From Tubiluchus corallicola (taxonomy: Eukaryota; Animalia; Priapulida): a stretch of 64,000 nt of DNA. Of the stretch, positions 41,396 through 55,100 are shown in pieces. Numbering within the stretch: the first letter of the stretch is position 1; each line of letters begins with the position of its first letter. The position numbers and the translations under genes are program-made. The DNA lies in the NCBI GenBank assembly GCA_030141605.1, contig JAQGDQ010000794.1:31097-95096 (forward strand). The letters run 5' to 3'. The notes beneath the pieces are model-generated. The model worked only from the letters and a program-made list of their open reading frames with translations, did not search any database and was not told the origin of the DNA.

Positions 41396-43288
41396 GAGGA
41401 GCCTAATTATAACATGTTTTTCTGGATTATTCGTGCAGTTTGAAACTCACTCATCATTGCACACCAAGCAATGAGTTAAGATTTTGATTAAACAGTTACG
41501 TTAATTTTCCTAAACTAGTAAACACATTTGGTAAACTTTTAAAAGCTGAGGGCTGGGGACACAAAACTCACAGGGTACACTCTCTGGACAAAGTTGTCTA
41601 TGTAAATAAACATGTGACTCGAGTTGCCGTTGTCACAGAGCGAGATGGTTTTGATTTATTTTTCTTTTCTAATCAATCTACTTCAGAGTTTTTGACCTGG
41701 TATGTTGCTAGGTTTGTTTTGCAAAATATGGGACGTGCCCATTTAAGCAAAATTTTCCGCTAAGGAGCAAAAATCGAAAAATGGGAGTCGGAACTGAAGT
41801 GCATCGAGCGTTGTGCAAAGGTATCTTGTAGCATATCAAATGAAAGGTCTTGATCAGGTGAATTAAAAGGTATAAGTTACAGTGTGCACCTTTAACGTAC
41901 AACTATTGTTTGCAGCGTCTTCAGTTTCTGACAACATCAGAAACATTGTCAACTAGTTTGAATTAATGTTCATGTATTCTTGTAAAACTATATAACTGAT
42001 ATAGTTAATTTAACTGCTACATTCGAAACATATAAATGTCATTAAACAGTAAAGTTATATACTTGTGCTACTTTCCCTGTGCAGTTACATATGCATCTGT
42101 AGTGCTTGTGCAGTGAACTCGAAATTCATACACAAGTTGAAATTATCAGTTTGTGTTCCATTGCTTCATGTTTTGTGTTTTGCTCCTGAATATTTCACAA
42201 TTTTAACTGAACGTGTAAAACTCACTTTCTAAAGATAACAGAACCATCATACCTTCATCAGTACACTAAAAAATTATTTTATCGAAACCCACCTCTGCTG
42301 TACAAATGTCACAAAATAAAAGGAAACTCAATAAGGAAAGCATGCTTATTAAAGAGAGCAATATGTGCTGGTTTAAAAATTTGAAAAGAAAAGAAAAACT
42401 CTTCTCTGTATTCGTCCTGTGTACAGTTGCAAGTTAAAAAAACTATAATGACATATAGTTACCATGAAGAAGTACTTCACCATAGCTTAATTTCTAGTAG
42501 CATGATTGTTTCTACATTTTAGAATATAACAATGGAGAAAAGTTTTTTTATCTTTCACAATGGAATATTAAATTTTCTGACTTAGTTCAAAGCAAAAATC
42601 AAACAATTTTTCTTACAAATAATCAGTTTAATGGGTGTTTAAATTGTTATAACTACTTTAAGTACCATAAATGTGTTCATATTATTTTGATAAACACAAT
42701 TTAACTTCTGTGGTGTTTTAGCTGTTTGTCATGCTAGTGCGTTTGACATACTGAGATAGAGGCAAAAGTAAACGAAGCCTCAAGTTCCTTAGTAAGCGCT
42801 TGAAAGCCCCACGAGCCTTACTTGGCATGACGTCACTGAAGCAGCCAATCGTAGCTCGAAAGATCAGCAACCCATGATCCTTTGCATAAAATACGAAGCA
42901 TACCCACAATCCTGTGCGCTGCACTCAAAGAATTATAGTAAAGTCCGAATTCGATGCATCAGTCTTGCCGTCCCCATTTTTGGTTTACGGTCCTAGCTGA
43001 AAATTTTTCTACATGCACACGTCCCATATTTTGTGATGCACAAGGGCATAGCCCCTCCTAGCAACATACCAAATATGTTGTCCCTAGCTCAAAAACTGTG
43101 GAGCAAATTGATTATAAAGAAAAAAAATGAAGACCATCTCACTCTGTGACCTCGACAACTCGAGTCACATGTTTATTTACACAGACAATTTGCCCAGAGA
43201 GTGTACCCTGTGAGCATTGTGTCCCCAGCCCTCAGCCTTTAAAAGCTTACCAAATATGGGTACCCCCAATTTTGCATTTTGGCCCCTC
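41396..43288. mobile_element. Non-autonomous foldback DNA transposon with ~290-bp imperfect inverted arms and GAG...CTC putative termini
   Basis: 41519-41810 is the reverse complement of ~42950-43263 (e.g. AAAAGCTGAGGGCTGGGGACACA...AAATAAACATGTGACTCGAGTTG). The outer ends read GAGGAGCC and GGCCCCTC. Confidence 0.75.
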
Positions 43289-46103
43289 ACTCGGATGTAT
43301 AAAAGCTTGTCAGCTTTTTAAAACCCTGGGTCTAATGTAAAAGTGTTGCTAACGATTTGCAATCCGAGAGTGATCCTGAACTCCACGATGAACTTTGGAT
43401 GGAAAAAGCTAATGGATGATCAGATTTTCCGCTAAAACCATGCTATGACATGATGGTAACTATGACAGTGCGATTACGCTAAAACCATGCTATGACATGA
43501 TGGTAACTATGACAGTGTAATTACGATAAAATTGCCTGGTAACAAATTAAAAGTTTTAAAATACGAATAGATAGCTAGCAAATCAGCCAAAAGGGCAAAA
43601 TTATTGTATGGGTATGCAGGACGCTCCTATACAGAAAACACTAAGGAATACTAAAAATAATTCCTTGGCTGGGACCCTGTACGTAAGCAAACAATTTTGG
43701 AGACTTATAGAAGGGACTCCAATAATACAGCAAATGTCAAGTCATTAAGGTAGTATACTAAGGTGAAATAAAAAAATATTATAAGTTTTAAACTTTGCAT
43801 TCAATTCTTACATTCTCTGACTTTATCACATTTAGGCTGTAATCCCAGCCTAAGACTGGAACAACATGCAATAGTTTAACATGTTTATTGAGCAAAAACA
43901 CGGGAGAATTGCCTCAATCAGCGACTACAAAAAACAAAAACTTTTAGTATAATTCAGGTCATGATACGTCGCCAAAAATCCAATCTGGGAAATCATTGTA
44001 AACAGAACTACATTCATAATCACGTACATCATTTAACGATTCACAATTTTTGCGGAGACATACTGGTGTAAGTAAGCGATTACTATAACATCATTTTAGG
44101 TACAGAACAAATTCAGTGTTGAAACAGAAGTAAGTGTCTGCTCAACAGAAAATAAAAAGTAATAATCCTTATACATCTTTGTACAATTAAAAGAAGTTTC
44201 TAACTAAACTCTCACGTGGTGCTGTTTGCTTACACAAAATCTCACTTTTTTCATTACAGGTTAGAATTTGCTAATATGCTCATAACAGAACTACAGATTG
44301 AGCCTTGGTTGTTGTATGTAAAGCCACTGGCTACAAATAATCTGATTGCTTCAGGTGAATGCTACCCACTGCAAGTAGTTTTTATGTGTGAGTATAAGTT
44401 TGGCTTAAGTATTAAATTTAGAAGATAATAATCAAGCGCAATTCATTTAGCTTAAAACGGATTCCTTGAAAAATGAAAAAAGACATTGTAACCAAGTCTA
44501 GGATAACACAAGAAAGTAGATTAGTTTAGATTTAGGTTAGATTAAATTTATTATCAAGTCAACACTACAAGAAAACTTGAGCGGTGTTAACTTAATAAAT
44601 GGGTCTGTTTAACTTAATTTAATGACTAAATAAAAAGTAGTCTATTACAGTAAAACAGGCTATTTCTCTTGTGGTACAAGGTTCTATGCCTAGGAAGAAA
44701 AAGATACTAACAGTATGTATGAATAAAGCATTACTAAAATATAACAGTACAAGAAAATTAACAAGCATAATTATTATTTTCAGAGACTTGCAGATTCAAT
44801 TAAATAAGATTTTATGTTGTTTTTAAAAAATAATATTGAATTTACTGTTTTGATGTCATTCGGATTTCCATATACTCAAAGTAGTTATGACCAGTCATAT
44901 TGATTTGTTGGTCTATTGATTTATTGATTAAATTGATCAGACTTATTTGACTAGTAACTGAAAGGAACCGAACCAGCCTAGCACAAAAATTATGCTTCCA
45001 ACATAGCCTAGCCCAAACATATCTGAAGACATTACGTCTTTGTAGGAAACTTGGGCCCTCAAGGTCTATGGGGAGTATGGAGGGGCTTAGTCACAGTTCT
45101 GGTTTGCAGTATTGCTTGAAAATGGATGTTTTGAATATGTCTTCTCTTGTTTTTCTTTTCTTTATATTATTTTATCTCATATTTTTTTACAGCTAACATG
45201 ACGAATCATGTTAAGGTCATGTCAACTAAGACTCAAATACTAATGACTGAGAAAAATGTGAGGAGCTTTTGGTCCATGCTGCCTACGAATTTACATATTT
45301 GCAAAACAACTCCTACTTGCCTCTTCTGCAAAATACAAATGTAAAACAATGCCAGGAACAATGTAAAAAAATGAACGAGAAGTGTATTGCTGTGGCCTAG
45401 GTCACAGCTAAAGTTTATATACATATATAGAAAGTGTAATGTACCCATGATTTATATGTACCCGTGTTGCCCCAACTGCATTAATGTACATTTTCATCAT
45501 TTTGTTACAGTGGTAAGTCCAAAGTATGTAAATGTGTACAAGTGCCGACAATTACTTTGTTGAGGGTATTTCTTTTTGCTGATGTTATTTATTGAAAAGG
45601 ACAAGATTCAATTATTCACGAACACAATTCTCTGGGTAAAGAATTCAAAGCTAAAAAGGTAGAGGGGAAAACTGGAATTATTCACAGGGAAATGTTGTAG
45701 TTTACCTGGGCGAAATGTACCTGATTTTAGAGGCATTCATTTCGCTTGTTAGCTTTTACTGTTTTTTCGGCATTATTAACTCTGAGTCTAACTTTTTTCT
45801 TTGCTTCCAATGACTAGACTAAATAAAGTACTCAATTATGATAGGCTGACCTACAAAATGCAAATATCGAAGTCAAGTTTTGCAGCCAATGCTAAATAAG
45901 TACAACCTTATATTAAAGGGCAAGTACAGAGAAATCTTCCAGACAGCTTATTTTGGTGGTTTTTGGTGCTGCTCTTCTCGACTAGCCCAATGTCTGTCTG
46001 TTTTTTATGTTCGTCCTTTCCTGATGCACAAGCTAGTCTTCTCCGTTTCCCCTAATGCTGGTTCGATTAATGCATGCACCAGGGTTTAAATAAAACTGCA
46101 AAG

Positions 46104-49100
46104 TCAGTTTGTTGTGTACGAGTCTGGAAGATATTGCAGTTTGTGCTTGTTCAATAGACTAGATATTTTTTCTATGTATTTGAGCCCTTGTTTGCGCATG
46201 GTTTCAGTAAATGGATCAAAAGTTCTGCTGCTGTTTTGTGCCTTTCTTTTGAAGATGCCTTCTTTATGCTCAATTGTGCAATCGAGCCTTTCACCAAGTT
46301 CATTCATGTTTAATTTGAGAAAGTTTAAAACTCTTTTCAATTCTCTTCGTGTATCTGCAACCAAGTCTTCAAAATACACAACCATTATAGGTTTGTTGGC
46401 ATTCAAATAAGCAGAATTGGTCAAATACCATTGTTCTAACATCCTGGCTGCATATTCATCCCATTCTGGAAATAAAACATGATCATAGTTAGTCATAGTT
46501 AAATTTAATATTTAACATCAATTTTTATACCTCTATTAATTTGGACTTTAGAGGACCATACATTTTAAACCAGAGTGAATTAGCCAATAACTTGCCAGCT
46601 AATTTGCAGTGGTAAAACAGCTAACTTTTGCCAATTAATTTAATATTGTTGGTATCAAAGATGCCCAACAAGTTAGTGTACTCCTGGTAAGAACAAATTA
46701 GTTAAGGGAATCGTGTTTATATTTTTTCGCTTTTGCAGTTAAAAATGCTTTCGGTTTGTTCAGCCTTATTATAGAGGTCTTAGTGAAAGCTTAACTCAAT
46801 TAGAACAGGCTACCATGTTAATTTTTATCTTTGTTTGCTTTTAGTCATAGTTTATTCTGCGCCAAATGTAAAAACAGTAGTGCTTTGAAATGAAGAACTG
46901 CTTTGAATTGAAATGCTTGCAGCACCCATTGACAATATGTAACGCTTCATAGTAGTGTGTCTGGTGAATAAGTGGAACTGTATTTATTGATATTTACTCC
47001 TTTTGTTTATGTATTAGCGTAGTGTAATAACTTCTCATTTCTAAAAAAAAGAAAATTTTATGCTTACTGCCATTTTTAAACTTTTCGGGTGAAAGATCGG
47101 CTATGTGACTTTTAGTGTTATGGCGCTTCCATTCCGCAATGATGGCTTTAAAAGGATTCCTGATGAGGAGTATCATGGAATTGTATATTTCTATAGATCT
47201 CTCTTCATATTTATGAGATTTTACTGCGATGGTCTGGCCGCTTTTAGGTGCGCGGTATTCTCCCAAGAATCCTGAAATTAGAGTTAAGATAAACTATAAA
47301 GTGCTGAATCTATTGGTCGACAGTTGGTCAATACGTAAGTTAGCCAATTTGTAAAAAACTGATCAACCAATCGATCAAGTAGCTATCGATCTAGCAATAG
47401 GATAGCTCCCAATCTTCCAATAAGCCTATCAGAAAAAGGGGTGACAAAACTACTGGGTGTGTGCCCATCTGTCAAACATACACTTACTTAATCGCCCCCA
47501 GTCAGTCAGTTAGGCAGTTACTCCCTCAGAGAGTTAACCAGGCAGCCAAGCAGCCAAGCAGCCAGCGAAACACTCAAGCAATATAAGTAATTTCAGGGAT
47601 TGCTGGCTAGCTGAACTGATTGTTGTTAAAAATCATAATTACCACCATAAGTTTCTTTTTTACCTCCGTCAAAAAGAGATTTGTCATTATATACACTTCC
47701 AGTATATACTCCAGTAGAGAGCTCAATAAGATAGCGAATCCAGGTATTTCCAGAACCGGGAAAGCTCACTAATCCAGTTATGGGATGTGTTCCTTGAGGA
47801 TCTAATCTTACTTTCCCACATCGTGTATCTGAAACATTGTTCGACGAAACAGTTTACTAAAGTTTATTGTAACTACTACTAGTTTACTGAATATTTGAAT
47901 GCAGCGGTAAGAAATTTTACTGCTTTTTATTAACTTCATTTATTTTCTGAACGATTACCAATGCACCAATAAATTATTGCTCAAGCAAAATCGATCACAT
48001 CAATCAGCTACTATTGTGCACAGGTACAACTAGCAAGCGCAAAACGGCACTTAATATTTCAGCCATTGCACTGATGTCTCAACAGGTCCCCCTCTCCGTC
48101 TACATACCAGGGTCTACTTTTGACATGTTAGTGGCGTCATTTACCCCTTGTCGCCCTCGCAATTATACAAGTGTAGTAATTCTGTCTTTGCACATTGACT
48201 GTTCGACCTTGTACAGAATAAAGCAGATATTCAATAATACACAATATAGGCTGGTTTTCCATTTTTCAGAATGAGTTCAATTTTCAAGTAAGTCTGCCCT
48301 CCGTCACGTACAAGGGCTTTTTTGCTACTTCTATAAAGGATCTCAGGACCTCTCATCATTAAATGCCAAGAATTCGTTTACCATACTTGCTCTTCCGCAT
48401 CGATAAATGAATTGTGTTTGGATAATATTCATATTTTCATCATTTAAATTTAGCCTCTTACCTTGAGATGCCATTGACGTTGTTTGGAGCGCATTGCATT
48501 CCGAGAACACTGGAAAGTTCATAAAATTTTCTCTTCTGCTAAAATGATTGATGTAGGAAAATCATTTACATATGATATTATTGTTTATTTCACGTACCAT
48601 TTACTCTAACTCCAAACGTTAGAAACTTGTACAGCAGAGCTTTGTAATCGTGATTACATGCATCCAGACTGCAATTTGTGGAATCGAGGTTGTCCTCATC
48701 TGCACAAAGACATCTATGGTCCAATTCACTAACCGCAATGTAAGCATTGCCTCTGTAAAAAAAACTGAATCTGAAAATGTGTGTGCAAATTATTTCAGTA
48801 CGTAAGCCTGAATGGCTGCAATTCTGGTGGTTTAAACTTTTCGAGAAAAATAAACAATTCCATAACACAACAGTTACTCTGAATTATATGAAACACAGAA
48901 AAATACAAAAGAGGAATGTAGACCTAAAAGAACATAATAAACTTGATCAACATAAAGGGCACCAGGAGAGTGCAGATCAGTGCCAATGCTTGTAGAGTAT
49001 ACTTTACTAAACTTTATGCTGAATTATACAGACTTAGATTACCAGTAATTGTCCCTATGTGTTTTTGAATACAGTACATTCCCCCGAAATACAATCAGAT

Positions 49101-52100
49101 AGTAACAACTCGTAGTAACTATTCAGCCTGCTGGAGCTGATTAAAAAAGAACTTGCGGCCCAAATCCTTCTCTTTCCAAAAAGCTCCAGACCTCCCTGAA
49201 AGACGGAATTTATTTCATACGATGTTAGGTGTTTTGTGGAAAACGGGCGAAAAATGATCAATTTGGGATATTACCCATCTCTCCTATCCGTTTAACGCAG
49301 ACATCCCGAAAATACACCAAAACTAAGAGCCCTGTTCTTTGCCCCAACCATCTCAATGTTTCTGGAACTCGATGAAGTAGTTTTTGCATAATCATGTTGC
49401 ATTAATCAACGTGATAATAATTCTCTCATTAAAAACACTACTGGATAAATTATGCGAAACCCCTTGGCCTAAAATTTTTACCGGTGTTATGGCTGGCTAA
49501 GACATTATTTACTATTATGTTCAAAGCAAAATATCACATTGCTGCTAGACATATTGGCATGTAAAATCGTCAATACAGACAATATGTCTTTGTCTAGAAA
49601 TGTACAATGCATGTATAAGAAACCGCTTGATGACTTAATTTTTTCGCAATGTTCTCTTTAACTGAAACGTGTCAATCTTTGACAACACTGGCACAGCTGC
49701 AAAAGTTTAACCAGTTCTTTAGAAGAGCTAAAATTATTAGCCTGTTTTCCAGGCAAGCTTTCCCCAGTTTGAAACAAGAAAACTCTCTTGGCAAATAGAG
49801 CTTGAAAAATCGTCTTGAAATTTTGTACTGCTCACATGTTGTCTTATTACATACTCTTGCGTTTAGAAGTGAAAAACTTGTAAGTTTAAATTCCAGTAAC
49901 AGCAAGGCAAGTTGAAAACAAGTTTATAATGTTGCGTTAAGTTTGATAAAATAGCCTAAGCATTTGTATCACACTCTTCTCTAACTAAGTCAAAGTATAA
50001 ATTATCTTGTATTGTCAAAAAAAGTAAATAGTGAGACACAGCCAATAGTGCACACTGGGATAGTAACACAGAGACCTTTTATCAGCTGCAGAGAATATTT
50101 CAAATTATTAAGAACTTTCACATCCAATTAGGCCTACATAAATCATTCAAACAGGTAAGCTTAATAACAACCTACATAACTTTGTATGGAAAGGTTTTTG
50201 GAATACACTTTAAAATTCGCATTTCTTTTCATTTAAACTAATTGAATATAAATGATCAGTAGGCACTTTCACATTTATAGCACCATACCAGGTTAATCTC
50301 GATCCAACAAGGTGCAGATGGCCAAGTCGGGCTCTCATTGTATTTCATCTACTGTTATTCTGGGTTTGCTGTACTACAAGCACAGCATCAAAAAATTTAT
50401 AAAAAAGTAGTGCATTTTCAAAGCATTCTTTGTACTAGTGAGCCACAAAAGAGGTGACTGAGCGTGAATTCACCTTCCCCTTTCAGCTAAAGCTTCTCAA
50501 AACGGGCAGTAATTTCGTTACAGATTTTAATGATATTTAAGATAGATCAGAAACACAACAAAAAAGGGGAAGCATTGTAGACCATTCAGTCTCGTACAGG
50601 TAACTTCACTGACCCACAAGGATTCAGAAAATTTCTGTCCTCACGAGACTCTTGCGTCTTGTACCTTTTTAGGTTTCACCCAGTAAAACAAAACAAGAAA
50701 AAGAAATGAATTCAGAAAAGAAAGAAAAGCGAAAGGTCAAGCTAAAACACAAGAGTAAAGAAACAAAACAAGAAATAAATTACAAAAGAAAGAAGAAAAA
50801 GTACATAACGAACAAGGATATATAGATATACTTTGTGTAAAACTACTACATATAGTATTACACGAAGTACACACAGTTAGATATACACAAACATTGCCAT
50901 GTGAGATAAACCGAAAACAAAAAAATCATTGGAAAAAAGTCACAGATAAAGATCACTGAAACAGCCATGTCCCTAACTCTAATCCTAACCCCAGCCCATA
51001 AGCCTACCCCTAAGATATCGAACAAAATGTGATTTCGGTCACATACATGTAATGCCGTCATATATAAATATGTATTGTAAATAGTACAAGTCATGCAAGG
51101 CCAGACCAAAACTGATTTACAATTTCTCACAGTTCTTAAATAAATTGTTACTGACTTGAATATTCTTGTTTGGTTACCCGTCTTTCTTCCTAGCCAAAAC
51201 TGTGAACTGCTCACCAACATGCCTATGGTACATACCGGTCACAAAATCAGTTATGCTGAAACTTAACTGTCATAAATGTTCTTGCTATAATTATGCTATA
51301 GGTATGTATACCTTTCTCGACATTTTCTGATGCATTCTGCAGCTGTTGGTTTGTTCGGCGGCAGCCTGATTGTGTTTTTGTAGCTGAAACCACTCAAGCT
51401 AGAACAACAGCCCAGGAAGTTGCCTGAAACATACGTAAAAGGTCACTAAGTCAACTTCAAACATGGGCGCAGTATCGTCTTAGCTAAGCATATCTTGACA
51501 CGGTATACTACTTAACAACAAAACATGAATTATAATTTTGCTTTTTTTCTAGTTGTGCCTGTTTTCCATTCCAGCAAAATGATAAAGGAGAATAATAACA
51601 AAGGCAGATAATTCAGTCTTGCAGACTGAGTTTCTGCCAAGCAAAATATAAAGTCTTCAAGCATATGTACGGAATTCGCGTGACAAACGATATTGGCACA
51701 AAAGACTGCTGTCAAAAATCATAGTGCAACTATAAATCTGTAGTGCAAAGAAAAAAGAGATAAACTAAGTTTACAAAAGGAGTTGCCCTTAAGCTCAATA
51801 GCAACACATTTTCGTATTATTAACGTGGACGGAGCATCCTCTTACTACAGCTAAGTAAAATCGTACGCCCTATAATAACAGCACAGGAATTATTGTTTTT
51901 CAGCTGTGAATATTTGTGTAGATTTTTGCATTTTGTACAATTCGATTTACCAGATGCTGCAATTAGCGGGAAAGGGGCTTGAACGTACGACCCTACAGTT
52001 TATTCTCCTCCTCATCTAGAAGGCACAATTAATACGATTTTTAGTATTTTCTGTAGTTTGAAGTTGATGTGTAAAACTTTTGTACGAAAGACAAGAAGAG

Positions 52101-55100
52101 AAAACAAACAGGAGAGAGAGAGAGAGAATTAAGAACGCGTCCGCGAGAGACCATGCAAAATCGAAAAATACCGTCACAAGGTTAGGTAAACCGATTCAGA
52201 CCAAAGTTCGAGTATGAGGTCCACTAGTCACTAGTATTCACTATGTGAATCCGCTTGGCCCAACTCTTCATAGTAGCAGAGGTACGGCATAGGCCGATTT
52301 TCATGAAAAAATGCCTATTTTTCTCTATTTTTTACTCATGTTTGAAGGATTAGTCATGCAGCAACTACTGAGTTTGAATAGATCTGACTCTGCACAGTAT
52401 TGGATCTTGTTATCTTCTCCAAAATGACTTTTCGACTTTTGTCCCAAACCTCCCTCTTTCCGCTCTACTGGGGGTCTTTAAGCTCGCATTACGCACAAGA
52501 CGCAAATACTCTGTCATTTCAAAGTCTTATATCTCACCCACTGCGGGGGCGGGAACAAAAATATCGATATGTATGTGAATAGAGCATCCCATCCCACTAT
52601 GCTGTAGTGACAATTTCGATGGAGCGAATTTCCACCCTATTGTAAAAGACCCCTGAAAGAGGCATATATCAGGGTGAAAATATAGGTAACAACGTTCATC
52701 AAAAAGCTTCGTGTAGGTAAACATGAGTTGTCAAATCTTGTCAAAATACTTCAAAGCATCATAAATATTCATCTTTGGCAACTAGGGGCCTGGCCAGCAC
52801 AATGGTTAAACTACTGACAGGATTGGACTCCAGCATTCAAGATGGCGGCCACTGCTGAACTAAAATGTTCGTTTTCTTGACTGTTTACCAGCGTTAAATG
52901 CGGTATTCTGACTAGTTATCCGCACGAAACGAATATTGTGAATCTATTAGCCTGTACTAAAGACACTAGACCGCATTTAGAGCGCTTCCATTTTCAAACA
53001 AATGAAATATCTACGGAATGGAAATTGCTTCTTGCAAGGGAAAATGGAAAATGTTTTATGTACTGTTTATTTTCTATGCTTTGTAAATGTTATGTACAGG
53101 TTATTACCTAGTTATTACTCATTGTCTTACATAGGCATAAAGCCAGGACACAAAGAAAATTGCCCTAAATCTGAGCGAATGCCCAAAAAATATGGGACAG
53201 ACTTCCCCCAAAATATCATTTGTCCGGTGATTTTTTGACAGTAAACATCGAAAATTTTTGTGCCATTGGCACACTCATTCAATCACACTATTAATATTTT
53301 TTGTCAGAAGTATCGATTTTGTGCCACAAATAAATTTTGGGCGAAGAACAATTTTCTGAGCTAAATATCACCGCCATCCCCCTAGAAGCGGCCCATACGC
53401 TTATATTGTCTCATGTTTAGACTGTAAGATTTTCTCTTTATCACTTTCCCCATGATATATTTGTCTATATTTCTGTATATATCTTCTAGTGATAATCTAT
53501 CTGCATCGATAATTCTTTCTCTATTATTTAGATATTATGGTTTTGATTACTTGTACTACTCTTCAGTGATAGGATTAAGCTGCTACAATAAGAACAGTAT
53601 TTTGGACTTAGAGAAATTAATTCTGACTGAGTTTTGTAGTTTTTCATTTTTGTACTGATATTCATAATCTTCTATGTATAGCCATGAAGCTTATTCATAT
53701 AAAAAGTATAAAAAATGAGCGGATGTATAAAAATGAACCGATTTCTATTTTATATGTATATACCAAGTGTTGTCAGATTCTTTCGCTAGCAATGACTCTC
53801 AATCTTAACAATCGGTACTTCTTTTCTAATAGAGGGCATATTGTTTAGTCTTTCCACTAGCGATTCAGTGTGTAGAGAATGCCCTGAATCAGGGTCGGAC
53901 TCGGTACTAGGGGCATGCATGATGTCCTGTCCTGAAATCCATCAGAAGAGGCAATTATTCATATTTGTAGTCATATGAAAATTCCGACATAACTAAACCA
54001 ATTTAAGATGAAATTTGCAAATTTCTAGCAATTTCCATGGCAAAGGAATCTATTGCTACTAGGAAATTAGAACACTAGTCACAGAAAATGCAGGTTAAAC
54101 GTGACTAAATGCCTACTGTAATATACGACCTGAGCCAAGTATGTCTACTTTTTACACATGGACGGAATTATTATGGAAAGTAAAAAAAGTGTGTTGATAT
54201 GGCAATTTTTTCTAACAGTGCCCCCTTTATATAATGTCATTCATGATATTATCTCAGCTCGTGCGTTTTCATGAAATTTAGAATACAGATTTGTCACTTA
54301 TAATCCAGCATATAGATAGAAAAAATATTGAAAAACTACAAAAAAGGCGAATTTTGCTGATTTTTGTGAAATTTTAAAGTGCCTGTACTAAATACTGAAA
54401 CAGGCTCCAGCGAATTTTCTTTTTTATATTATTAGTGAGGATGATGGTTAACACATACATGAAAATCAGAAGTTCTGTAGCCCCGCAGTGGGCGTGTTAT
54501 GAGTCTTACAACTTAACCTCTCCCTGGACTCTTAACAAAGAGCCGAATTTGAAAAATCCCGTTCTCCGATACTATTAATAGTATGTCAGAAAAAGTTAGC
54601 ATATCAGAAGACAATGTCTGGGTCTATGTACCAGCCAACTTACATCGACCCATCTATAATAGTTTATACAGGAGAAAAAGTTAAACTAACCCCCCAAAAT
54701 AGCGATTTTTTGCCTCTTTTGAGGTCAATTTCTTGATGTGGTCATTTCTCTGCTAATAGTAGCTCGATCGATTTGATATCTTGGTTACACGGTTTTGGGG
54801 GTCGCCCTTCATGTTAGAAAAAAATGATATAAATTCCTCACCCCTCATGTGCCACCCTCTGCATGGTGCTCTCGCGGACTCGTTCTTAAATTTCAAGAGT
54901 TCGACAGAGAAACAGTATGAGGGACTTTTATGTACTCGTACAATAGTAGTAGTATTTTTATTGTCATTACCACCAACTACGGCCAAATCACGTTATGAAC
55001 ACCGGTTTTCGTCTGATCACCGTAGTTAAGCAACGTAGAGCCTGGTTAGTACTTGGATGGGTGACCGCCTATGAATACCAGGTGCTGTAGGCTTGCGGGA

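Noticed and set aside
54975-55094. Functional 5S rDNA gene
   Set aside because: Solitary, with altered 5' bases, no T4+ terminator and embedded in a TSD-flanked unit; better explained as a SINE head.
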